49,156 nucleotides of DNA from Perkinsus chesapeaki ATCC PRA-425 (lineage: Eukaryota > Protista > Perkinsozoa): NCBI GenBank assembly GCA_013115145.1, contig JAAPAO010000234.1, positions 1 to 49,156 on the forward strand. The letters run 5' to 3'. The position numbers were made by a program, and so were the translations under genes. Under the pieces are notes generated by a model that saw only the letters and a program-made list of their open reading frames with translations, was not told the origin of the DNA and made no database searches. Every line of letters begins with the position of its first letter. Position 1 is the stretch's first letter. This document shows positions 9,339 to 21,132 of the stretch, piece by piece.

Positions 9339-12300
9339 TCACATGTTGAAGTCATCCGCAGTCTGCGAGTTTGTGAGTCTTCTCTTTAGGAACGACCCCA
9401 CGCTAGAAAGCCAATCGGACGGCTCGACCGAGGAATCGGTGCCTGCAGCAGAGAAACTCAAATAGATAAGCCGCATGTACGTGTTCTCACTTTCCGCGGT
9501 GGATGAGTCTCCTCCAGTATATTCCTCTCTGATAACTCCACGGGGAGATTTCTTCCCAACCTTCTCTTGCTTCGCGGCAGCTGCTGCAGCCTGCTTTCTT
9601 GAAGCCTCGACTACGAAATAATCCACCAGCTTAGGACGACCGTCAGGTTGCGGTTTGCGATAATCCTGAGAAGTACAAGTCAGAATGAACTGAACAGTAG
9701 ACTGGGTAGGACTCACCGACGGTGACGGGCCAAGACCCTGCTTAACTCTGCTAGCCCAGAAAGATACGTCGTCCTCCTCAGACCTTCCTTTACTCTTCGG
9801 GCGGTATTTGCTCGGCGTGATCCATTTCCATGACGGCATCTACCAAGAGTAATGACCTTTCTTACATGTCCGCTCAACCTGCGTGTACCTGCGAGCCTCG
9901 CGGCAGGAGCTTCCCGTCCCAGTAAGGATCTGCTTCCCATTGACGCGCCACATGGTCAATTCCAATAACGAAGACGTGCAAATCTCCGGTGTCGGGGCTA
10001 ACCCACATCCGTAGGAAATGCTTATAGTCTTGAATCCTCAAGGAACTAAAGGCCTCGTTCCAGTGCTGGCCCAGGTAGTTGAGAGATATCAACAAGTACA
10101 CTCCGAAGATGAACGAGGCAATAGGAGTGACGATGATGTAAAGGAAGGGCAATATCGAACCGAGGTAACCGAGATACTGGTAGCGGTCGATAGGCTGAAA
10201 GACAAGTAATAGTACAAGCCCTGTTCGGGTCAGAGGATCCCCAGTGTATCCTAAGCTCCAGAGATATGCCTAGCGAAAAGGAGCAGAGTACTTTCCATAA
10301 CGCACTTATACTGTATGGTTGCGGAGATATAAAGTTGTGTGGTGGTTTGCATCAAAGACAGAGTGAAAACTCAGGAGAAAGCATAGCCTTACCGAGTTGC
10401 TGGCGATGCAAGCGCACACTGCAGCTCTATTACGATAAGCCCTAGTCGGCAGATCGGTAATGGAAAGGAACCATGAGTTGATAGAAGAGGGATCTGGTAG
10501 CATGGACGCCTGAGCAAAGCAAACTCCAAGCTATCGATGCTATCATATCGGGTTTTATAGTACCCAGAACGATCCAAATGTGGACACTATGAGAGCCTCA
10601 GTGGAATCCAGGAGCTCCACTTTATCACCACCAGAAGGAACAGTGCTCGTACTCGCGAGATATTCACACAAACATTCGACCAAGCAAACTGCCGCAATGG
10701 CCGCGACGGAATGACATAGTCCATGAATGAGACCAACGACGATCCTGGGAGACGAGAAGTCAGCGCAGCAGAAGTGGCAACTGGCTACCTCTTGGCTTGA
10801 CCCATCTGAGCCTCGGCGCCCCCGATGGCCATGGCGATGAACACGATCTGTCCGACCAAGGAGACGTATCTGAAGGGGGAGCACCTTAATGATCGATGAG
10901 ACACCACTATTACGATTGGCGGAAGATCTTGTCATATGCCTCAAATATGAGGACTATGAACTCATACACTCCTAGGAAGACATTGGGCTGCTCAATGACC
11001 CTTAGGGCGCCGCACAGTGGGAGGGCTGAGACACTCTGAGGGAAAACCGCACTAATCATAAATTCAGGGAGTCTGTTGGAGCAAGCAGGTACCGACGAGA
11101 GAGGAAGAGCCTCCATTGGACCGGTGACACTATCCCAAACAGGCCTTGTATTACCATTCCCAAATAGAACATTCCCAGTACAACATCAGCTCCCCAATTC
11201 CTCCTTCGGAAGTGTATAGGATTCAGCCAGTTTAAACGGCGACTGACCTTCTCAGGCGGATACGACTTCACACGAGTGTACCTTATGTAAACCATTTTCC
11301 TTCAGCAACGACCGCAGAACAATCTCCCCGGTGAGTGTGGGAATCGCAGCGATATAGCCACTGGCTGCGTGGATAGTTAAAGGCAGTGATGGCGAGCTCG
11401 GCTGAGTTAGACGGCATACACACCGTTGAATATAGATAGGGCAGTATGCAGTCCTTAACACATGCCAGCCCTCTTCTAGTACCCTGTGCCTAGCGGCTTG
11501 GACACAGCTGGCGGAATCTTCAGTGCGGAGCCTCCAGCAGCATAGGCAAACTCATTGTGGTTCTCCTTGCCAATCCTCTTCTCGACAGATTCCTCACGGA
11601 GAATGTCCTTCGCTGGGAAGTGTGTAGGGTGCAGGAAAGCACCGGCGCCTCCCGAGGTCACCAGGGGAACGCCTTTACTGCCATCCTAAAATAGAAAGTT
11701 GGTCATACGAAGCAATGGAGATAGCCCTACCGGCGGCATGTATCTAGAGTAATGATGAACATCGCCAGCTAGACGCATAGCCAGGCGAGGCTCTCCTATC
11801 TTGTCCAGAAGGACACTGAGTATGTAGCCGGTTCTCTGAGGATCAAAGGGTCCACAAACAAACACAGAGCGCTATTGTTACTGTATCCTCAACAACATCC
11901 GACTCCCAGTTGGGCCTATGGGTAATCACCACCACGCGATCTTCGGTGCCAACTTCCCCAGAATCCAGCAGGCCGCAGAAGTAATCGTACTGTGGCTTAT
12001 CAAGGTCATACGAGAGACTGAGATCCAAGCCCCAAACCCACCAGCCGTGGGATAGCTTAACGGCGAAGTAGGAGCTCTTCTGAGGTAGCTTCCAACCCGC
12101 TAAATGGTCTTGACCAACGAACCAAGCTAGGTACGTCTCTAAGCCATCGTACCTGCATATGAACTTATTGGAGGGCTCGAACGCCGCCGTAATATACTAC
12201 CAGTCATGATTGCCGGGAATGGCAAAAAACTGAGGCTGATCAGCTAAGGCAGAGATCTTGGCCTCGGACATGTGGCTTTCCTCATAGGGAGGGAAGGCCC

Positions 12301-13564
12301 ACTCTAGAGGACGGACCAATCTGTTAACATAGGCCTTATGGCTGGGTACAGGATAAGCCAGATCTCCTCCATGGAAGACAACACTGGCACGAGGGAGCAT
12401 TATACGCCTGTGGCCGGGTGTAGTGTCCGATGGAGTTCTGCGTAAGGTCGTCAAACGTATGTCTGAAGAGGCGCTGTCAGATCTCATCCTGTTGGCTCCT
12501 CGGCTTAAAGTCGGCATGGATTTGTGCCTCTTCATAGCAAATGGATCGGAACTGTCCTCCTTGGCTAATGCAGCTCTGCTGCCCCTAGAGAAGCTCCTAG
12601 TTACAAGCTTGCTGACCTTCTCAGCTACCGGGTCATCCTCTGGTACATCAACTCCGAGGTAGGGTTGTGCAATCAACCGCCCAACAGTATAACTAGAGTC
12701 AAAACCATCGCCACCATCAGCGAAGAAATCAAACCAAGTCTCCTCTTTATCCGATTGGTCATCGAACGTAAGCGCCTTCTCTGGCGTTCTAGTCAGAGCA
12801 GCCATCAACGCTCTAACGTCGAACCTTCCCATGAAGACCTTGAGCATCACGGTGACCTCTGGAATGTAGGTGGTCATAAACAAACTGTACCACGAGACCA
12901 TGGTCTTGCGGAGCTTAGGGTCGGGGCCTCGGCGCTTCTCTGCTTCCTCTTCAGCCTGTGGATGCTTCGCTAGGACTGGACCAGCCGAGAAGAAGCCATG
13001 CCGACGGCCCAGTATCCTCTGTGTGAGCCACGAGAAACCGTATAGGAAGAGCATGGTCAATACCACGGGCAATTGAAGCTGTACAGGACTGTCCAGGTAC
13101 TCACAGTATTGGTCTGTGTACGATCCTAGGCGATCCTCCTCTTGCTTGCAGAACCCATACTGAAGGCTGAGAGCCGATGCCATCAGTAGAAGATTATTGA
13201 AGTGCTCTCTACGAGTTCTTTCCATAGAATTTCCCCTCATACGGAGTACCCCTTCCACAATGTAGAACCCAGGCTGGCCCAGAATCAGTGCAGGGAGGAA
13301 GAAGGATATCACCTTACTAAAGCGGAAGGGGACCGCGGCTCCTGCAGGGGCGCTCTCAGTGTGACGGAAAACCGTTATAAGGAGGAAGTAAGTGGAGAGA
13401 TTGACAAACCAGAAGTACTGTGAGTTACGGTCTGCATCTTGAATGTGCTGTAGAGGAGACAAGAACCAATAGAAGGCCAAGAACATAACAAAGTGCAGGA
13501 GAACCCACCACTCGACACGTTGAGTGAGTGACACCACCGGAGACGATGATGAGAATAGCTCCAT
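9339..13564 (-). CDS. Multi-exon membrane calcineurin-like metallophosphoesterase, copy 1
   Basis: Hydrophobic N-terminal segments, then WFDFFADGGDG, FHGGDLAYP, IPGNHDW|YDGL, ITHRPNW, AGDVHHY, TSGGAGAFLHPTH, and a C-terminal HWNEAFSSLRIQDYKHFLRM. Start ATG (13564) and 3' end are approximate. Confidence 0.85.
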
Positions 13565-13753
13565 TGCAGCGGACAACCTAGGAGAGCTCAAGGAAAGCAG
13601 TCAACTAACAAAAATATCTTTAAAGATACCTTCACTTGGACACAACAACACTTTATCGAGGATTACATATTGAATTCATCTCTAAGAGAATCACGCGATC
13701 CGACAAAGGATACCCAAGAGGACACTTTCCCCACAAGTCCCTTGATAGATCTA

Positions 13754-16700
13754 TCATGGCGAAGATCGACAGATGCACCTTAAAACAAGAACCGTGGACG
13801 AGTCGTAGCGTTTTTGAGTCCACAGCCCACCTCCGTCAGAATCCTCTTCTGTGTAGGAGTTCTCGCTGGGTGTTGATTGTGTAATATTCTCAGCCAAGCG
13901 TTTCCTAGAAGCCTTTACCACAAAAAAGTCGACAACCTTAGGCTGGCTTCCGCTCTGTTTTTTAACTTGCCCGTCCTTAACGAGACCTCTACGATAGTGT
14001 GTGGTGCAGACATTCCTACCTTGCCATTATCATCAGAACTACCAGGTCGAGCTCGGACCCTGGGACGATATTTACTAGGAGTTACCCACTTCCATGGTGG
14101 AACCTTGAAGATTAAACACACTATGAATAGGACCACACAACTATAGTCCGCATGGATTTGGAAGAGAGAAGGGGACAGACCATCAGCTCTGTTGCACAAA
14201 GCAAGATCGCTGCTGTTTGTATTGCGCCACTTACTCGAGTGCTCTTAGACCCTACGAGGAGCTCGTCCCAGTACGGGTCCATTTCCCAATGAGTGGATAC
14301 GTGGTCTACACCAATCACAAAGCAATGGAGGTCACCCGTGCTTGGGGAAATCTGCATGCGGATGAAATGCTTATAGTCTTTTATTTTGAGTGAACTGAAG
14401 GCCTCTGTCCAGTGCTGGCCCAACCAATTGAGTGACACCAGCAGATAACACCCAAAAATGAACGAGGCGATCGGAGCAATGATGATCCATAGCGCCGGTA
14501 CCAGAGGGCCGATAAGAGCCATGTACTCAAATCTGGTCATGCCCTAATAAATACAGTAGCAATCCAGCAAGGGCCGACTGTACCTTCCCAAGGGCTATGG
14601 CTGCACAAGCAGCCCCCCTGTTATCGGCTATTATTTGGGGAAGGTCACTCGTGGACAAAGCGAACGCGTTAATAGATGATGGTAATAGAAAGAAAGGTAC
14701 CTATTGAAGGACGCCAATCATAGGACCAGCCGCTCTCCGACAGTCCCACCTTATATCCCGTAATATCAAGAATCAAGCTATCCAGGAACCGAACGACCTC
14801 TGGGGGCTCACTGCTGGTTACTGTGTCGAGGTGTGCCAAATAAACAATAGCGCATTCGGCCAGGCATATACAAACAACCGCGGCAATCGCATGACAGGCG
14901 TAGTGCACAAAACCTACGCCGAGCCTGAACAGCGTTTGTAGCAGGTGCTCCGCCGACTAGCCTACTACTTCCACGGTATGCCCATATGAGATTCTGCAAG
15001 GGCCATCATAGACCCAAGGAAACAAAAATGGGTGAAGAGAGATATGTACCTGAGGCCCTGAGCTGGAAAAGTTGAAGTGATCCGGTTCCCACGAATTGCT
15101 GTATATCTGATACAGCGCATCCATTATCATACTAATGAACTCGCCAAACACCAGCCAAGCGTCTGGTTGGGATAGAACTCTGGTCGCTCTACAAAGTGGT
15201 ATAACAGAGACAACCTGAGATGATGGATTAGAGAAGCTAAGTGAAGTATAAGCCAACATACCATGAGTATATACGAAAGAACAAGGACGACATCAGCCCC
15301 CCAGTTCCTATTGCGGAAATGCGTGGGGTTAAGCCAAGTTAGTCTGCGGCTGACATCCTCGTCTGGATATGAGCATACCCTCTCGTATCTGAATCGCAGC
15401 GGTTTGTAGCAGGACAGAGCGACTTGATACCCCGTCCCCGACGCCTTGCTTATGGACTCTGGCAACTCAAGGGAGGCGCCCCCAGCTGCATAGGCATTCC
15501 CATTGCAATTTTGCTCCCCAAGCCTCGCAGTAACACTCTCCTCTCGGAGGAAGTCTCGTTCGGGGTAATGGGTAGGGTGCAGGAAGGCACCAGCGCCACC
15601 AGAAGTTACCAATGGAGGACCTTGCGGACCATCCTGAGAGAAGGACAATGCTTGGATAGATGTAGGAAAGATGGTATGAGCTTGATAGAGCGTGTTGGTG
15701 CGCTCACTCCAGGCATGTATCTGGTATAATGATGAAGATCACCAGCAATACGCATGGCCAGTCTAGGCTCGCCTATCTTATCCAGAAGATCGTTGAGGAT
15801 ATAGCCCGTTCTCTGAGGAGAACGTTTTGATAGAGTAATGAACAGCGGCAGCAGACAGCAGCATAGGAGCAACCCACCTCGCACATGGCGACATCAAAGA
15901 CCCAGTTGGGCCGATGAGTGAGTACCACCACGCGGTCCTCGGCCTCCACTTGGCCGCCAGTGAGTAGCCCACAGAAATAATCATACTGCGGTCTATCTAG
16001 ATCGTAGGAGAGGCCAAGATCAAGGCCCCAAACCCACCATCCATGGGGTAACTTCACTGCGTAATACGTGTGCTTCTGTGGCAGCCGCCAGCCAGCCACA
16101 GACTGCCTGTTGACCACCCAGTGCAGGAAAGTCTCAAGGCCATCGTACCTAGAGCTCACTCATGCCAGGGCATATGCAAGGCTGCCTACCAGTCGTGATT
16201 GCCTGGTATCAGGAACATCTGTGGCTGATCAAGCGAGTCTTTTTCCTCGGGCCCGGCTCTTGGCAATGCCCACTCCAGTGGGCGAATGAATCGATTAACA
16301 AACTCCTCATGGCAGGGGAAAGGATAGGCTACATCGCCGCCGTGGAAGACAACATTAGCTCTCGGTAGCATAAGCTTGTTGCAATGTGCGGGTCTTAAAA
16401 TGTGACTTAGCCGCCTAGAGGAAGCCCTGACACTAGTTGAGACAGGGGAGTCGTCGTGTAGCGGCTGGAAGGACGGCAATGAGCGCGCTCCTTTCATCGA
16501 GAAGGTAGCCAAGTCATCAGCACCGCTTGAAAATCTCGAGCGGAGCGCCCCGTCATCACAGTTGAGGACTTTGCGCAGTTTAGGGTAGATATCGCTATCC
16601 CTTGGGAGCTCAACAGACAAGTGCGGCTGAGCCAGAAGGCGTGATATCGTATAAGTGGAATCAAAACCATCACCACCATCAGCAAGAAAATCGAACCACA

Positions 16701-17562
16701 CCTCGTCCTTTTTGGAGAGATCTTCAAACGGTGTGCTAGCAACTTTGGATTGAGCAGACAGGAGCACCCGAGCATCAAATTTACCGAGAAATACTTTGAC
16801 CATGAGAACGAGATCAAAGAGATGAGTTGTCATGCTTAGGCTATACCAAGGGACCATCGACTTGCGAAGAGCAGGGTGCGGTCCTCTGAGCCTCTCTGCC
16901 TCGCTAACATTGGTGTCGATAGGTGGTCCACAGGAGAAGAAACCGTGCCGTCTACCAAGGACCATTTGGAATGTCAAGGAGCACACGTAGAGGCCTCCAA
17001 TGGTGAGAACCACCGGGAACTGTAACGCCACGGGGTGATCTAGACACTCACAATAAGTGGCAAGACTCGGTGGCAAGTCTCCTCTTTGGCGGGTGCAGAA
17101 GCCGTACTGCAAACTCACAGCTGATGCCATAAGTAAAGCGTTGTTAACAAGCTCTCTGAACGTTCTGATAGCCGAGAGCCCTCTGGTTCTGAACATACCT
17201 TCGACTAGACAAAAACCAGGAATTCCGAGCAAGAGCGCAGGTAGAAAGAAGGTCGCGACATCTGTGAACTGGAAAGGGACCGTTAAGCCCCTCGGCGCCG
17301 AAGGTGTGTGCCTCAGAACGTTAACGAGTAGAAGATACGTCAAGATGTGTAGGCCCCAGAAATACTGAGAGTTGTGAGACTTGTCTTGGATATGTTGCAA
17401 TGGAGATAAGAACCAGTAGAAGGCCAGGAACAATGCACAATGGCAAGCGATCCACCATTCGAAGCGCTCGGTTATGCCAACAGATGAAGCCATCCACATC
17501 ATATCAAAAAAAGTCTGACAAAATGAATTTACTGAGGAATGCTGCCCGAGTGGCCTTTGCAT
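13754..17562 (-). CDS. Multi-exon membrane calcineurin-like metallophosphoesterase, copy 2
   Basis: WFDFLADGGDG, FHGGDVAYP, IPGNHDW|YDGL, LTHRPNW, AGDLHHY, TSGGAGAFLHPTH, HWTEAFSSLKIKDYKHFIRM. Last exon QPKVVDFFVVKASRK parallels RPKLVDYFVVEASRK of copy 1. Start may be ATG 17562 or 17502. Confidence 0.85.
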
Positions 17563-18016
17563 GAACTCAACATAAGAGAATTGGGCCACCAGTAATCCAA
17601 GTGGTTGCAACTGAACTATCGTGATGCTAAAACAAAAAAACAATCTGATATCAAGGAGATAAAAGCAAACAAATCGCACATCGCCACGTAGAAATCCTAG
17701 GAGGAACGTCAGAATTGGGGGGAAATGTCCATCGCTACGCCGAAGATCTCACGTCGCAGTTGCTGTGGGAATGGTATGCAAAAGTGCTACAGTAGAGCGA
17801 TAATATACAGAATATTGACGATGCCGACTTGACGATAGTTCAGCTAAACATTGCTACTACGATATTAACAAGACTATTATCCCAGGACTATTTACCGTGA
17901 AAAAGATAGGATACTTTGAAAGCGCTCAGCACTGTGCTTTGAGCCACAATGACGAGTACGATGATGATGACCAGAACGATGAGTACAGAAGTTGAGAATT
18001 AGGTGGCACACTGCGA

Positions 18017-20851
18017 TCAGAAAACTCGTCTCCTAACAGAAGACGATGATACATCACTAGGCTCAGGTAGTTCCCGAATAACTGCTTTGTAGTCCTTTAT
18101 CTCATCCAAGAGAAAATGAGTCAGCATGGGACCTTTGCCTTTAACGTTGTACACTCCACGACTCTCGGTCTCGAAACAGCCGGGGGCGAGTACGTCAAGC
18201 CACTGCTTAGTAGCGTCGGTAATCTGGATGCAACCAATCTCGCCATATTCAACCATACGTGAGGCAGTGTTAACACAATCACCCCAGATGTCGTATATGA
18301 ACTTCTTTCTACCAATAACGCCACCAATGCAGTCACCACTATCAATGCCCACTCTAAGAGGAACCGGTATACCAAGGAAAACAGAGCCAGAAGTGTCACT
18401 GCTAGATGCCGGGAAACTGTCCTCTTGCTCAGTCAGCTGGGCCGTAGAGTCAGACTCAGCACCGGAACTATCTTCGTATATATACTGTATAGCATCACAG
18501 TTAACCTCATGGATCGTTCCCCAGCACTCGAGTGCGTTCGTGATGCCTTTCGACCTTCGGGTGATACTAGCGTTACGCCTCGCCACTTCGTCCATCATAC
18601 GTAGTGCCATTCGACAGACCGCAGGGGCATGTATGAGATTGGACTGCGGCAGGCCAGCAGCGGCCATATAGTGATTTCCGTCGGTCTTAATCTTGCTCAG
18701 ACCCTCTTCCTGAGCTAGCTCGTCGAAGAGACAGAAAAGCTCGTTGAGTGTAAGAACGATTTCTCGCGGGGATATCTTCATTGAAAGGGCAGTGAAGCCA
18801 GGTATATCCGAGAACATGATCGTTACGTCCTTGACTGATTCGGTGATGCCTGAGAGCAACACAGTACTATTGTACATGTTAGTTTTGCTGAGTCAGAGAG
18901 ACCCATATGAAGCTTACCCAATTCTCGACTGAGGACCAAACCCGAATCACGACGAACACCCTCCATAGAATCAACAACATCCTGTCTCTTCTTTAACGTG
19001 TCTAGAATACGCTCGGGGAGGACGTTCGTGAGGAGAGCGTTGCAGCGGCCGGCCTCTTTAGCCAACGATAAGTGCAGAACGAAATCCTCACGGAGCACTC
19101 CCTCGTAGACATACCTACCAAGGAGCGCATAGAATAATACTATATTTCGATAAAAGTACTTGTAAATAGTGAGGAGAATGACGCAAGTTATGACGACAAC
19201 ATAAAATGTGGCAGTGGGCAAAATGCTAAGTGATGGGAATTGACCATCATGGGCGCCGCTAGGGAGTAAATGCAGGATAACTGAAAAAAATGAAACAGTG
19301 GGATATGAACAATGCGTTGATGTGGGGAGGCTTACTCGCACAAGCTGTTATGGCTATGCACACGAAAACATACTGAGTCCAGCGCAAGGAAAATGCTGAT
19401 GCCGATAGTATATACGTAAGTGCTAGGGTGTATGTGCGTTCTGGTGGCCAACAGTACCTGACAAAACAGTTGTACGGAGAAAACTAGTGGTGACAATGTT
19501 ACCAGTCCATAACCTTAGGGCCGAGGTGCATCCACAGTAGAGTAAGGCACGCTGCCAACAGCGAGTAGCATGCCTAGAGCAAAGATACGTATAAGCTTAT
19601 AAAAACCGAACAAAGCTGACCTGTAAATCATCGAAGAAATCCAAGAGAAGAGTTCTCCGTCCTCTGAGTGCAAGACATACTATTATCTCCAAGATACCCA
19701 CTAGAGCGAACATCATAAGAGGCTCTGTCGCAGCGTACCTAGCAGTCGTAATGAGGGTGGAGGGTGACTGACATGTGGTGGCCATCGGTACTTTAATATA
19801 GTCATTGTCTTCTCTGTATCGTCACTGCAGTAATAGAATGATCCTGCTTTGGTCATGAGCAGCCTATACCGGAACCATGTTACGACTAATACGAATAATA
19901 CCAAGACTGTGGTCCACATAACACCGAGGCGGTCAGCGTGCAAAGAGTGATTGACCTGAATACAAAAGTTCTTTTTCATGCCAACCGAGAAGGCTGGACT
20001 AACCTGGAAGCCCTTCTCGAGCTTAGCTGACTTATAAAACTGCAGACTAAGCCTGTTGATAGGCTGCCCAAGGTCTTTCCACAGGTTGTCTCTGCCCATA
20101 GTAGAGTACCTAATGAGGAAGTTCACGGATGCAGCTGGTCGGACACTTACGGTATATCATTCCAACGCGTTGGTGAATGTGACAGCGACAACCTGGCTCG
20201 TAAAGGCAACAGCTGCCATGCCGGATTAACTGAGAACGACTAATATACGCGAGATATTGGCGCAACAAATCCACAACAGTATCTCAAGGATGGCCTAGGA
20301 CACTATAAAACATAGAGCTACATCTTTTGCCGATGAAGAGTATCTAAGCAGCACTTTAACTACTTACGTGTAGACTGTTTTTCCGTTACGACGAGATCTC
20401 GGGCGCTTATCACGACACCCCTGCAGCGACGCTTCACATCTTGGGCATTCGGGTCGAAAGCCAGCCTGGCATAATAAAGTCAGGCGTTACATCACTCCGC
20501 GGATCTACCATAAATCCGCGCAAAAATCCGTAATGCTGTCTTCGACAATCGGCGAGCTTATATCGTCGGCCGGAAGCTGCTCGTATCTATTAGCATTAAA
20601 TGCATGATGGAATGGCGGGTGCCAATGACCTACATCATCTTAACATCATCGTAAAATCGTAAAAGCACATCAGATGCCTTAACTGGGGGAGAGTCCTCAG
20701 TTGCATTGGCTTGGGCATATCGATCAACTCGCTTTTCAAAGATATCCAGTATTATCTTCTTCAAATGTTTGTCAGGGATATTGCTCCTATCGAGGAGAAC
20801 TGCCGTTAAGTCGGCAGCATCAACACATATGATGCCGCTATCGGCCGCCAT
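18017..20851 (-). CDS. Multi-exon membrane class III nucleotide cyclase, adenylate-cyclase-type specificity residues, single catalytic domain
   Basis: Hydrophobic exons, helical linker NALLTNVLPERILDTLK, then VTIMFSDIPGFT, KIKTDGNHYMAAAG, LRVGIDSG, KFIYDIWGDCVNTASRM. The 5' start is approximate. Confidence 0.85.
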
Positions 20852-21132
20852 CGTAGATCAAATACTGCCGATAGCTGACAATAGGAAATTAAACAGCGGC
20901 GGCGGACGTAAGATACTATTCACTTCTAAAGCTAAGACGGAGTAAAGCATGCCGGTGAATACTCGGGCCATGCATACTCTAACTCAAGGCTGACTCCAGA
21001 TGAAGGTTGATAAAACTAGAAAGGTTCACGCAGTTGACCATCGACAATATATAGTGGATGCAACAATGTCGATGGATAAGTGTGTTATTAAATATATAGG
21101 TCGATTAATATATAGTTATCAAGGACTCGATG

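Noticed and set aside
17930-18000. Hydrophobic reading SVLIVLVIIIVLVIVAQ downstream of the cyclase stop
   Set aside because: It is preceded by an in-frame stop with no ATG or clear acceptor, and is probably low-complexity (cat/cgt) UTR sequence.
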